Position numbers and translations under genes: made by a program
The notes under the pieces: model-generated
Seen by the model: the letters and a program-made list of their open reading frames with translations, nothing else
The model's database searches: none
What the model was told of the DNA's origin: nothing
NCBI GenBank assembly: GCA_045612865.1
Contig: JAZKZW010000089.1
Location: 1 to 54,571, forward strand
DNA: 54,571 bases
Source: Eubacteriales bacterium
GTDB lineage: Bacteria; Bacillota; Clostridia; Oscillospirales; CAG-272
Direction of reading: 5' to 3'
Shown here: positions 37,937 through 47,249 of the stretch, one piece after another
Layout: each line of letters begins with the position of its first letter
How positions within the stretch are numbered: position 1 is the first letter of the stretch

Positions 37937-39595
37937 ATGAAGGTAAAAATGTTCAAGAGAATAGTTGCTCTTCTTTTAACAACTATAATGATTTTTTCTG
38001 TAACATCCTGTGATGTATTAAACAATGTTTTGGACAGCTTCCTTGGAAGTGGTGAGGATGAAGGCCCCAATGAAGAAACTCCACACGAGCCTGTGCTTGA
38101 CCCTATCAATGACGATAACAGAACATTCTATCAGATATTTGTAGAGTCCTTTGCAGATTCCTCTAATGATACTGTAGGCGACCTTCGCGGTATTATCGAA
38201 AACTTTGATTACCTCAACGACGGTGATATTACCTCCGGCAAGAGCCTTGGCGTACAGGGCATCTGGCTTTCCCCCATCTTCTCATCTCCCTCCTATCACA
38301 AGTATGATGCTAAGGATTATTACACTATCGACTGGAGATTCGGAACAGAGGCTGATTTGGTTGAGCTTATCGAGCTTTGCCACTCCAGAAACGTAAAGAT
38401 TATTCTTGACCTTGCTATCAACCACACATCAAACCAGCACAAGTGGTTCCTTGAGTTCAAAGAAGCACGTCTTAACGGCGATAAGTCTAACAAATACTAC
38501 AACTACTATTCTTGCGCAACAGAGGCAGGAAAGAAGCCCGGTATTCAGTACCAGAAGATAGCAGGTATAGATTGCTACTATGAATGTAACTTCACCGGTG
38601 ATATGCCCGAGCTTAACTTTGACAATCAGGAAGTAAGACAGGAAATGCTTAATGTAGCAAAGTACTATCTCGACCTCGGAATTGACGGATACCGTTTTGA
38701 CGCTATTAAGTACGTTTACTATAACGATACTGCAAAGTCCGTTGCATTCTGGGACTGGTATATGAAGGAGCTTCGCGCTTACAAGAGCGACATTTATGCA
38801 GTTGGTGAATGCTGGTCCGGCGACAGCGAGGTTGAAAAGTATTACGGCGCGTTGAACTGCTTTAACTTTACAATGGCAGGTACATCCGGTACATACGCTA
38901 ACACTGCAAAGGGCATCAACAGCGTTTATAATTTCGCAAGCTACTTTGAAAGCTACCAGAATCGTATTAAGGCAAAGAGCTCTGATGCAATGGTAATGAG
39001 CTTCCTTTCCAACCACGACCAGGATAGAATTGCAGGAACATTTGTTAACGAAAATTATATGAGAATTGCTGCTAATCTCTACCTTCTCACCTCCGGTTCT
39101 CCCGTTATCTATTACGGTGAAGAGCTTGGTATGCGCGGATCCAGAGCAACAGAGGCAACCGACGCTAACCGCAGACTTGCTATGCTTTGGGGTAACAGCT
39201 ATACTCCCAGAAACCCCATCGGAACTACATACCCCGATGATAAGCAGATCAAGGATACCGTAGTTGACCAGATGGCAAATGAAAACAGCCTTTACAACTA
39301 CTACTGCCGCCTTCTCGCTATCAGACATAAGTATGAGCCTATTGCAAGAGGTAATTATAAGGCTATCAGCTGTGGCAACAACAAGCTTGGTGGTTTCCTT
39401 GTTGAATATAAGGGCGAATACATCGTTATCATCCACAACACATCAACAGCTGATATGACATACGACCTTTCCAGATGCTCTGCACTTACAGGAAAATCTA
39501 TCGATGAGCTTTGCGATTACATCGGCGCAGGTAGAGCAACTCTTAACGGTAACCTCCTTACCATCAGCGGTCAGACATCTGTAATTCTTAGATAA
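37937..39595 (+). CDS. GH13 alpha-amylase-family lipoprotein
   Basis: Lipobox VTSC; DLAINHTS, DGYRFDA, VGECW, FLSNHD, YYGEELGM. Confidence 0.92.
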   Translation: MKVKMFKRIVALLLTTIMIFSVTSCDVLNNVLDSFLGSGEDEGPNEETPHEPVLDPINDDNRTFYQIFVESFADSSNDTVGDLRGIIENFDYLNDGDITSGKSLGVQGIWLSPIFSSPSYHKYDAKDYYTIDWRFGTEADLVELIELCHSRNVKIILDLAINHTSNQHKWFLEFKEARLNGDKSNKYYNYYSCATEAGKKPGIQYQKIAGIDCYYECNFTGDMPELNFDNQEVRQEMLNVAKYYLDLGIDGYRFDAIKYVYYNDTAKSVAFWDWYMKELRAYKSDIYAVGECWSGDSEVEKYYGALNCFNFTMAGTSGTYANTAKGINSVYNFASYFESYQNRIKAKSSDAMVMSFLSNHDQDRIAGTFVNENYMRIAANLYLLTSGSPVIYYGEELGMRGSRATEATDANRRLAMLWGNSYTPRNPIGTTYPDDKQIKDTVVDQMANENSLYNYYCRLLAIRHKYEPIARGNYKAISCGNNKLGGFLVEYKGEYIVIIHNTSTADMTYDLSRCSALTGKSIDELCDYIGAGRATLNGNLLTISGQTSVILR

Positions 39596-39633
39596 TTGTC
39601 AATAAAACTTTACAAAACAGAGGGTTTTGTTCA

Positions 39634-41439
39634 ATGGAAAACAAATTTATAGTGAACATCATTCACCGTCCCGAGCTTTCTCCCGAATATGCGGAGAAGG
39701 CCCTTGGCGGGGCAAAGGGCGTAAGAGATGAGTCTCTTGATATCTTCCGTTTCCAGCAGGATACCGCCCATAAATACGGCCTTAAAACCACAATTCAGAT
39801 AACCTACGCATCTCTTTTCTCCGATATAATAATCGACCTTGCAAAAGAGGAGCACGAAAAATACGGCGACGAAATAGGTCTCTCTTTGCTTGGTCTTCCT
39901 TGTCCCGAGTTTAGGGCAAAGTATCACACCGAGGACTTCTGTATCTGGATGTTTGACGAGAAGACAAAGGAAGAGATCATAGACGACGTTTTCGGCAAGT
40001 TCTATGAAAAGTTCGGCTTCTATCCCGAGTCCACAAGCTCCTATTTCCTCGACGCATATACCATTAACTATATAAAGGAAAAATACCCATCCGTAAAGTG
40101 TGCGGTAGCTACCTGCTGGGAGGAGGGCCCAAAGGCTTATCATACCTGTAACAACTCCTGGTACACCTTTATGGACGGCGGTCCTTGGAATCCTTGGATT
40201 CCATCAAAGATAAACTCTCATTGTCCTGCATCCGATGCAGATGATGACTCCGGCATTGTTGCTATTCCTCATCTTTCCCGCGACCTTATGGCTTGCTTTG
40301 ACGGTAACGGCTCCAACTTTGGAACTCACCCACAGAACGTGCTTCGCGGAATGATCTATTACAACGATGAGGGCGAGTTTGAATACCCCTATCTCTACAA
40401 CCTTGTTGACCAATACCGCCATCTTGGAAAGTATAACGATGGATACAGCTATAATATGATGTTTGTTGGTCCCGGTTGGCTTAACCGTCGTGGCAGATGG
40501 GAGGCGCCATACGAGCTTTTGGCAAAATCCTATGATGACGGAATGAAGTATTATGGCAAGCTTAAGAGCGAGGGCAAGCTTATTGATATGACTATGAGTG
40601 AGTTTGCAGACTTCTATCGCTCCTGCCATACCGATTATAACCGTGGCGAGTGCGCTCTTTGGAAGGACATTCTTTACGGAAGCCAGAAGGAGTATTTCTG
40701 GTATGCAGACCCTGCAATGAGAACCTGCTTTGACTTTAACCAGGGCGGCGCAATGATCGACCTTCGTCCCTATATCGCAAGAATTCCTCAGAAAACAGGT
40801 ATCGGAACAGAAAATGTTTACGACGCATCCCATCCCTACCTTATTCAAATTAACTATCGCGCAGGCTACTTCACCCACTATGCAGGCGCAGGCACTATCA
40901 AGTCCTGTAAGGTAAGCGCAAGAGGTGTAAGTGCAGATCTCTGTCTTACAAGAACAATGGCTAGATTTGAGAGAGTAGATGGTGGCGTTTGCCTTATTAC
41001 AGACCCTGTTACCCTCGACCTTGGCGGTCTTTCTGTTGTTGTTGAGTCCAGATTCACAATTCCCGACGGTAAAGGCGAGGTTATCACCGAGAGAATAATC
41101 CTTAATGACCTTGGTGGTGAGTCTGTAACATTTGAGGAATACTTCACAGGCGGATTTGGTACTACCGAATATCAGGCTGATATGACAAATCTTACCCTTG
41201 GCGTTGACTCCGAGAGCATGCAGTTCTCCTATCACGGCAAGAAAATCATTAAAAACAACGCATCTCGCGCCTATGTAGAGATTCCCGAGGTTATGACTGT
41301 AGTTGAAATGGGCGGAGATAATGATGAGGCGCTTGTAGAGGAGGGAATAGCATTCTCCCCTGTATATCACCTTGCAACTAAGAAAACTATAAGCAAAGGA
41401 GGAGTAAAAACATGGCTCAGGCTTCAAAAGGTAAATTAA
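39634..41439 (+). CDS. Hypothetical 601-aa cytoplasmic protein, possible GH/deacetylase-type barrel
   Basis: Long ORF with host codon usage inside the glycan operon; GDEIGL and FYEKFGFYP patterns; no signal peptide. Confidence 0.8.
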   Translation: MENKFIVNIIHRPELSPEYAEKALGGAKGVRDESLDIFRFQQDTAHKYGLKTTIQITYASLFSDIIIDLAKEEHEKYGDEIGLSLLGLPCPEFRAKYHTEDFCIWMFDEKTKEEIIDDVFGKFYEKFGFYPESTSSYFLDAYTINYIKEKYPSVKCAVATCWEEGPKAYHTCNNSWYTFMDGGPWNPWIPSKINSHCPASDADDDSGIVAIPHLSRDLMACFDGNGSNFGTHPQNVLRGMIYYNDEGEFEYPYLYNLVDQYRHLGKYNDGYSYNMMFVGPGWLNRRGRWEAPYELLAKSYDDGMKYYGKLKSEGKLIDMTMSEFADFYRSCHTDYNRGECALWKDILYGSQKEYFWYADPAMRTCFDFNQGGAMIDLRPYIARIPQKTGIGTENVYDASHPYLIQINYRAGYFTHYAGAGTIKSCKVSARGVSADLCLTRTMARFERVDGGVCLITDPVTLDLGGLSVVVESRFTIPDGKGEVITERIILNDLGGESVTFEEYFTGGFGTTEYQADMTNLTLGVDSESMQFSYHGKKIIKNNASRAYVEIPEVMTVVEMGGDNDEALVEEGIAFSPVYHLATKKTISKGGVKTWLRLQKVN

Positions 41440-41672
41440 ACTTCAGATGTCCATCATGCTTTATGAGAGATATCGACATTGATATGTTCTTTGACGGTGA
41501 AAAGAGCGAGTATTACTGCCTTCGCTGCGGATTTACAGGCAAGGAGGAGGACGTTCTTCGTCTTAACGAGGCGGCAAGATACCGTTATCGCGCAATGAAA
41601 ATGCGTGTTGTTGACTTTGGCGAGGATAACGAGCCACCTAAATTCGTACCCCACAGGAGGGGCGAGCAATGA
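41412..41672 (+). CDS. Small Zn-ribbon protein
   Basis: CPSC..CLRC; RBS GGAGGAG; overlaps both neighbouring genes. Confidence 0.75.
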   Translation: MAQASKGKLNFRCPSCFMRDIDIDMFFDGEKSEYYCLRCGFTGKEEDVLRLNEAARYRYRAMKMRVVDFGEDNEPPKFVPHRRGEQ

Positions 41673-42763
41673 TACTCGGAATTGATGCGTCAACCTATCT
41701 CGAGGAGCTGGACCACGGCGCAAAATATTATGATGGCAATATCGAGATAGATCCCCTTGACGCTTTCGTTAAAAATGGCGTTAACTATATGCGAATCCGT
41801 GTTTGGAACAATCCCTACGGAGAAAATGGCGAGCCCTATCTTGCAGGAACTGCTGATCTTGAAAATTACATCAAGCTCGGAAAGCTAGCTAAATCAAAAG
41901 GCTACCATCTTTATATGGATCTTCATTACTCGGACTTCTGGGCAGACCCCGGAAAGCAGTTTATTCCAAAGGCTTGGAGAGATTATACCCTTGACGAGCT
42001 TTGCGAGTCGGTTTACAGCTTTACCAAGTATTGCCTTGAGGTGTCTGTTCGAGAAGGAGTTGCTCCCGAGATGATTCAGGTAGGTAATGAGATAACAAAC
42101 GGTATTTTGTGGCCTGTTGGAAAGCTTGAGGTTGACGGAAAAAGAGGAAATTATGAGAACTTCATAAAGCTTATAAAATCCGGATGCCGTGCCTGTCGTG
42201 AAATTCTTCCCGATGCAAAAATAATGCTTCACCTTGAGCGCAGTAATGACCAGGCTGTTTACCAGGAATTCTTTAGCGAGATGGAGGGTGCTAATGTTGA
42301 TTTTGACATAATCGGAGCATCCTATTATCCATTCTGGCACGGTACTCCCGATGAGCTTTTTGCTAACCTTGAAAAATGCAAGAGATTTGGTAAGGAGATC
42401 GTCATTGCCGAGCTTGGCTACGGATTTACCACAGAGGGATATTTCCTTAACGGCAAGGAGTGCCGACTTGTGGTGGATGAGAGCCTTTCCCGCGTTCCCG
42501 GCTTTACAGATATTTATCCTATGACTCCCGAGGGGCAGAGAGGCTTTGTACATTATATTATGAAACGTGCCCGCGAAAGCGGAATAGACGGAATCTTTTA
42601 TTGGGAACCGATCTGGCTGCCCGGAGAGGGAATATGCTGGGCTTCCGAGGAGGCGCAAAGGTATATCCACGAGGAGGGAAAATCCACTCATAACGAATGG
42701 GCAAATCAGTGCCTGTTTGACTACGATGGAAGAAAGCTCCCCGCCTTTGATGAGTTCAAATAA
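41669..42763 (+). CDS. Second, cytoplasmic GH53 galactanase
   Basis: MRIRVWNNP, LHYSDFWADP, QVGNE, SYYPFWHG, IAE, FYWEP; no signal peptide. Confidence 0.92.
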   Translation: MILGIDASTYLEELDHGAKYYDGNIEIDPLDAFVKNGVNYMRIRVWNNPYGENGEPYLAGTADLENYIKLGKLAKSKGYHLYMDLHYSDFWADPGKQFIPKAWRDYTLDELCESVYSFTKYCLEVSVREGVAPEMIQVGNEITNGILWPVGKLEVDGKRGNYENFIKLIKSGCRACREILPDAKIMLHLERSNDQAVYQEFFSEMEGANVDFDIIGASYYPFWHGTPDELFANLEKCKRFGKEIVIAELGYGFTTEGYFLNGKECRLVVDESLSRVPGFTDIYPMTPEGQRGFVHYIMKRARESGIDGIFYWEPIWLPGEGICWASEEAQRYIHEEGKSTHNEWANQCLFDYDGRKLPAFDEFK

Positions 42764-42889
42764 TTGACTTTTTTACCGTACTAACAAATAAAAAACAAAT
42801 GGCTAAATTCGTCAATTGGCATTTTGACAAAAAAATATCAGTCGGTTTTGTTCAAAGTGACGAAAATGCCTAAATTAAGGTTATTCTTA

Positions 42890-42918
42890 TTGACAAAAAT
42901 AACTAGTGATGATATAAT
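42890..42918 (+). promoter_or_regulatory. Consensus sigmaA promoter of the sugar ABC operon
   Basis: TTGACA-17-TATAAT with extended TG. Confidence 0.85.
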
Positions 42919-42973
42919 ACTATACGCGCAGAATGCGTAATAAAAAAATTTTTTTATAGGAGGATTACTCAAA

Positions 42974-44563
42974 ATGAAAATGAGTAAGATTTTATCCCTT
43001 GTACTTGTAATCGTTATGCTTTTCAGCATGACAGCATGTTCTTTGGATTCCGTTAAGGGTTACCTTGAAGGTATTCTTGGCACTCAGGAAAAGCCCGAAG
43101 AAAAGCCCGAAGAAAAGCCCGAAGAGAACCCTCTCGCTGGTACATATGACATTACCATGTGGGTTTCCGAGCTTGAAGGCGTAGACCTTCTCTTCCAGAG
43201 CCAGATCGATGCTTTCGAAGCAGCTAACCCTGGTATCATTATCAACGCTGAAATCGAAGGCGTTACAGAGGCTGACGCAGCTACTAAGGTTATCGCTGAC
43301 CTTGCTACAGCTCCCGATATGTACTGCTTCGCACAGGACCAGCTCGCTCGTCTCGTTCAGACAGCAGCTCTTGCAGGCCCCAACGATACAGTTGCAGCTC
43401 GTCTTAGAGAAACTAACGACGCAGGTTCCGTAGCAGCAGCTTCCGTTGCTGGTAAGATGTATGCATATCCTATGACATCTGACAACGGTTACTATCTCTA
43501 CTACGATACAAGCATCATCTCTGCTGAAGAAGCAAAGAGCCTTGAGTCCATCATCGCTAAGTGTGAAGCAAACGATCTCGAGTTCCACTATGCTCTTGAG
43601 AACGCTTGGTACACAGCTTCCTTCTTCTTCGCAACAGGTTGCCATTCCAACTGGACAATGGATCCTTCCGGTAACTTCACATCTGTTGATGATACATTCA
43701 ACTCTGCAGCAGGTCTTGCATCCATGAAGGGTATGCAGATGCTCACTCACTCCAAGTCTTATGTTTCTGACGCTGATAACTTTGCTAACGTAGGTGCTAT
43801 CGTTACAGGTATCTGGCACGCAGGTAAGGCAGAAGAGCACTTCGGTGACAACCTTGGCGCAACAAAGCTTCCTTCCTTCACAGTTGATGGTGAAACATAT
43901 CAGCTCGGTTCCTTCTCCGGTAACAAGCTTCTCGGTGTTAAGCCTCAGGCAGATTCCAAGAAGGCTCTCGTTCTCGCTCTCCTTGCAGAGTTCCTTACAA
44001 ACGAACAGTGCCAGAGCGAAAGATTCGAATCCTTCCAGTGGGGTCCTTCCAACAAGGCAGCTCAGGCTTCTGATGCAGTTCAGGCTAACATCTCTCTTGC
44101 AGCTCTTGCAGCTCAGAACGAGCACGCTATTCCTCAGGGCCAGATCCACGGTTCTTGGTGGGATATCGGTAAGACCCTTGGTGCAGACGCTAAGGCAGCT
44201 ACTACAGATGCAGAGCTTCAGGAAGCTCTTGACGCTTACGATGCATCCATCGCAGCTCTCTTCCAGATGAGCGAAGAAGAAAAGAAGGCTTGGTCCGTAA
44301 TCGGTTCCATCTGCGGTACTTCTTGGGATACAGACTTCCCAATGACTAAGGTTTCTGAAAACGTATTCGAATCTGAAGTTCTTACACTTACTGCTGGTCA
44401 GGAGTATAAGGTTCGTCAGGGTAAGTCCTGGGATATGAACTTCGGTAGCGACGGTTCTGTTGGTGGTCCTAACTGCGTAGTTGAGACATCCGGCAAGTAC
44501 ATCGTTCGTCTTACTATCCTCAGCGAAACATCCGCTAGAATCGAACTCGTTCCTGCAAACTAA
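42974..44563 (+). CDS. Maltodextrin/galacto-oligosaccharide-type SBP lipoprotein with an extra ~90-aa C-terminal module
   Basis: Lipobox MTAC; PDMYCFAQD, MYAYP, LYYD, GIW, LPSF; C-terminal WSVIGS..W..YKVR..W. Confidence 0.88.
   Translation: MKMSKILSLVLVIVMLFSMTACSLDSVKGYLEGILGTQEKPEEKPEEKPEENPLAGTYDITMWVSELEGVDLLFQSQIDAFEAANPGIIINAEIEGVTEADAATKVIADLATAPDMYCFAQDQLARLVQTAALAGPNDTVAARLRETNDAGSVAAASVAGKMYAYPMTSDNGYYLYYDTSIISAEEAKSLESIIAKCEANDLEFHYALENAWYTASFFFATGCHSNWTMDPSGNFTSVDDTFNSAAGLASMKGMQMLTHSKSYVSDADNFANVGAIVTGIWHAGKAEEHFGDNLGATKLPSFTVDGETYQLGSFSGNKLLGVKPQADSKKALVLALLAEFLTNEQCQSERFESFQWGPSNKAAQASDAVQANISLAALAAQNEHAIPQGQIHGSWWDIGKTLGADAKAATTDAELQEALDAYDASIAALFQMSEEEKKAWSVIGSICGTSWDTDFPMTKVSENVFESEVLTLTAGQEYKVRQGKSWDMNFGSDGSVGGPNCVVETSGKYIVRLTILSETSARIELVPAN
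43088..43123 (+). repeat. 3 x 12-bp in-frame tandem repeat (EKPE linker)
   Basis: GAAAAGCCCGAA x3. Confidence 0.9.
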
Positions 44564-44584
44564 TTTATAATTATTTATACCTTT

Positions 44585-44685
44585 GGCGGGGGGCTTAGCT
44601 CCCCGTCCCTTGGTAGGATAAGGCATTGTTAGCCAATGTACAATGAGGACGAACAGTTGTCTTGTCTATTGGCTAATAATGCCTT
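44585..44685 (+). other. Two intergenic stem-loops between the SBP and permease genes
   Basis: GGCGGGGGGC/GCTCCCCGTC hairpin, then 18-bp stem AAGGCATTGTTAGCCAAT / ATTGGCTAATAATGCCTT (44620-44685). Confidence 0.75.
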
Positions 44686-44738
44686 CTCAATTAAGAAAAG
44701 GAGTTAGTATAAACTAAAATCGGTTTATATTTTGATTT

Positions 44739-46352
44739 ATGAAAAGATTAAACGATTTAGAGTATTTAAAGCTGAATAAATTTTCGGCTTTTATGTACAA
44801 CGTCGGGATGTTCTTATTCAGCACAATTCCTGCGTGGTGCGTAAAGCTTGTTAAAAAGGTTTGGTCTCTGTTCCTTGGTCTTGGTAAATTCCTTACCGGC
44901 GAAATTAAGGACATTGTATCCACCTTTGTTAAAGGTAACTGGGCTGTTAAGCTCTCCTTCCTTGTTTTTGGTCTTGGTAACATCTTCTATGGACAGGTAA
45001 TGCGTGGTATTTTGTTCCTCGTGTTTGAAATCGTGTTCCTTTGGTTCATGTTCCTTCCCGAAGCAGGTGGTTTGGTATGGCTCACAAAATGCCAGTGGTT
45101 CCAGACAGGTAACACCGTTGGTAACAAGGGTCCTGAAACCGTTATGGACGGATATTGGTATAATGGTGAATTCTATGGTTCAGAAGCAACTATTTATCAC
45201 GATGACTCTGTAAGAGTTCTCTTCTATGGTTTGCTTACAATTGCGTTCATCGCTGCGTTTATTTACACTTGGAGACTCCAGGTTAAGCAGTGTAGAATCT
45301 GTATGGACATTACCGCCAGCGGTAAGAAGGTTAAGAGTGGTAAGGAAGACCTTGAGTCCCTCCTCGATGACCAGTTCCATAAGACTCTTCTTGCAGTTCC
45401 TGTATTAGGTATCGTTGTATTTACAGTACTTCCCATCATTTATATGATTCTTATCGCCTTCACTAACTACGGTGACTATAAGGGCGTGTTCTACTCCGGT
45501 ACTTCCAAACTCTTTGAGTGGGTTGGTTTGGCTCACTTTGAAAGCTTCTTTAGTGGTGGTACCGACTTGGGTCAGGCGTTCGGAGATATTCTTATCTGGA
45601 CTCTTACCTGGGCGTTCTTCGCTACATTTACAAACTACTTCCTTGGTATGTTTGTAGCTCTCTTGATCAACAAGAAGGGCATTAAGCTTAAGAAGATGTG
45701 GAGAACTATCTTGGTTATGACCATTGCTATTCCTCAGTTTATCTCTCTTCTTTATGTAAAGAACCTCTTTACACGTTCCGGCTTCTTTGGCAGAATGTTC
45801 ATCTTGAACGGCTTGATTCCTCAGTTTATGCAGCAGGCAAATCAGCTTTCATTCTGGGAGAACCCAATCACTGCAAAGATTCTTGTTATTGTTCTTAACA
45901 TCTGGATCGGTATTCCTTACATCATGCTTATGGCTACCGGTATCTTGATGAACATTCCTGAGGATCTTTACGAGTCTGCAAAGATTGACGGTGCAAACTC
46001 CTTCCAGCAGTTCACAAAGATCACATTGCCCTACATGCTCTTCGTAACAGGTCCTTACCTCCTTACAAGCTTCGTAGGCAACCTTAACAACTTTAACGTT
46101 ATCAACTTCTTAACAGGAGGCGGACCAAGCTATACATCCGTAACCGATGGATTTACCAGTGCCGGTGGTGTAACAATTGGTCATACCGACCTTCTTGTAA
46201 CATGGCTGTATAGAATGACTATGGGCTCTGCAAAGGTAGAGTATTATAACGCATCGCTTATAGGTATCATGGTATTCCTTGTAGTTGCTATTCTTTCCTT
46301 GATAGTTTATAACGTCATCCCATCAACCAAGAATGAGGAGGACTATTCATAA
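44739..46352 (+). CDS. Sugar ABC permease (MalF/GanP-like)
   Basis: WVGLAHF, NIWIGIPY, IPEDLYESAKIDGA, KITLP. Confidence 0.92.
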   Translation: MKRLNDLEYLKLNKFSAFMYNVGMFLFSTIPAWCVKLVKKVWSLFLGLGKFLTGEIKDIVSTFVKGNWAVKLSFLVFGLGNIFYGQVMRGILFLVFEIVFLWFMFLPEAGGLVWLTKCQWFQTGNTVGNKGPETVMDGYWYNGEFYGSEATIYHDDSVRVLFYGLLTIAFIAAFIYTWRLQVKQCRICMDITASGKKVKSGKEDLESLLDDQFHKTLLAVPVLGIVVFTVLPIIYMILIAFTNYGDYKGVFYSGTSKLFEWVGLAHFESFFSGGTDLGQAFGDILIWTLTWAFFATFTNYFLGMFVALLINKKGIKLKKMWRTILVMTIAIPQFISLLYVKNLFTRSGFFGRMFILNGLIPQFMQQANQLSFWENPITAKILVIVLNIWIGIPYIMLMATGILMNIPEDLYESAKIDGANSFQQFTKITLPYMLFVTGPYLLTSFVGNLNNFNVINFLTGGGPSYTSVTDGFTSAGGVTIGHTDLLVTWLYRMTMGSAKVEYYNASLIGIMVFLVVAILSLIVYNVIPSTKNEEDYS

Positions 46353-47227
46353 TGAGTAAAAATAAAAAGTTAAGCCTTGGCGCAAAGGCTAGCAGAAGAA
46401 TTTCCAACACTGCTATTTACATATTGCTTATTGCAATCACAATTATTTGGCTCTTCCCCTTCTTTGGCATCGTTATGGAGTCCTTTAGAGTTGAGTCTGC
46501 AGGTCAGCAGAGCTATATCATTCCCAAGCAGTTTGGCTTTGACAACTATGAATATCTCTTGATGAACAAAGAGAACAACGGCTTTATGAAGTGGTTTATC
46601 AACACTGCTACAGTTGGTGTTGTTACTGCCTTCTTACAGACATTCTTCGTAATTTCAATGAGCTATACACTCTCCCGTCTCAGATTCAAGATGAGAAAGT
46701 GGCTCATGAACTTCATGCTTATCCTCGGTATGTTCCCCGGATTCCTTACATTGATCCTTATCTACAAGGTATTCGCTGATATAGGACTTACAGGAGATAA
46801 TGCTTCGCTTGGTCTTATCATAGTTTACTGTGCATCTTCAGGTATGGGTTACTATGTTTCCAAGGGCTTCTTTGATACAATTCCTAAGAGCCTTGACGAA
46901 GCAGCAAGAGTTGACGGTGCAACCCGTTTCCAGGTGCTTTATAAGGTTATCCTTCCCCTTTCCAAGCCTATCGTAATTTACACCATTCTCATGGGCTTCA
47001 TGGCTCCTTGGGGCGACTATATGTTAGCTAACTGGCTCGCTCACCAGAAGTCTTCAGGCCAGAACGTTGCAACAGATATGATGGAATGGATGGGTAGAAA
47101 CCTTGGACAGCACTACACTCACTTCTGTGCAGGTGGCGTTATCGTAGCGATCCCTGTTATTACTGTCTTCCTTCTCCTTCAGAAATATTATGTTGAAGGT
47201 GTAACAGGCGGCGCAGTTAAGGGCTAA
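46352..47227 (+). CDS. Sugar ABC permease (MalG/GanQ-like)
   Basis: KGFFDTIPKSLDEAARVDGA, GVTGGAVKG. Confidence 0.93.
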   Translation: MSKNKKLSLGAKASRRISNTAIYILLIAITIIWLFPFFGIVMESFRVESAGQQSYIIPKQFGFDNYEYLLMNKENNGFMKWFINTATVGVVTAFLQTFFVISMSYTLSRLRFKMRKWLMNFMLILGMFPGFLTLILIYKVFADIGLTGDNASLGLIIVYCASSGMGYYVSKGFFDTIPKSLDEAARVDGATRFQVLYKVILPLSKPIVIYTILMGFMAPWGDYMLANWLAHQKSSGQNVATDMMEWMGRNLGQHYTHFCAGGVIVAIPVITVFLLLQKYYVEGVTGGAVKG

Positions 47228-47249
47228 TTGAAAGATAGGAGAATTAATA

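Noticed and set aside
42992-44626. Long antisense ORFs (also 2216-3481, 15321-16856, 18299-19399, 23472-24713, 40204-41427, 47265-48335)
   Set aside because: Each mirrors a sense gene codon for codon. The host avoids TTA/CTA/TCA codons, so antisense stops are rare. The translations have no recognisable motifs.
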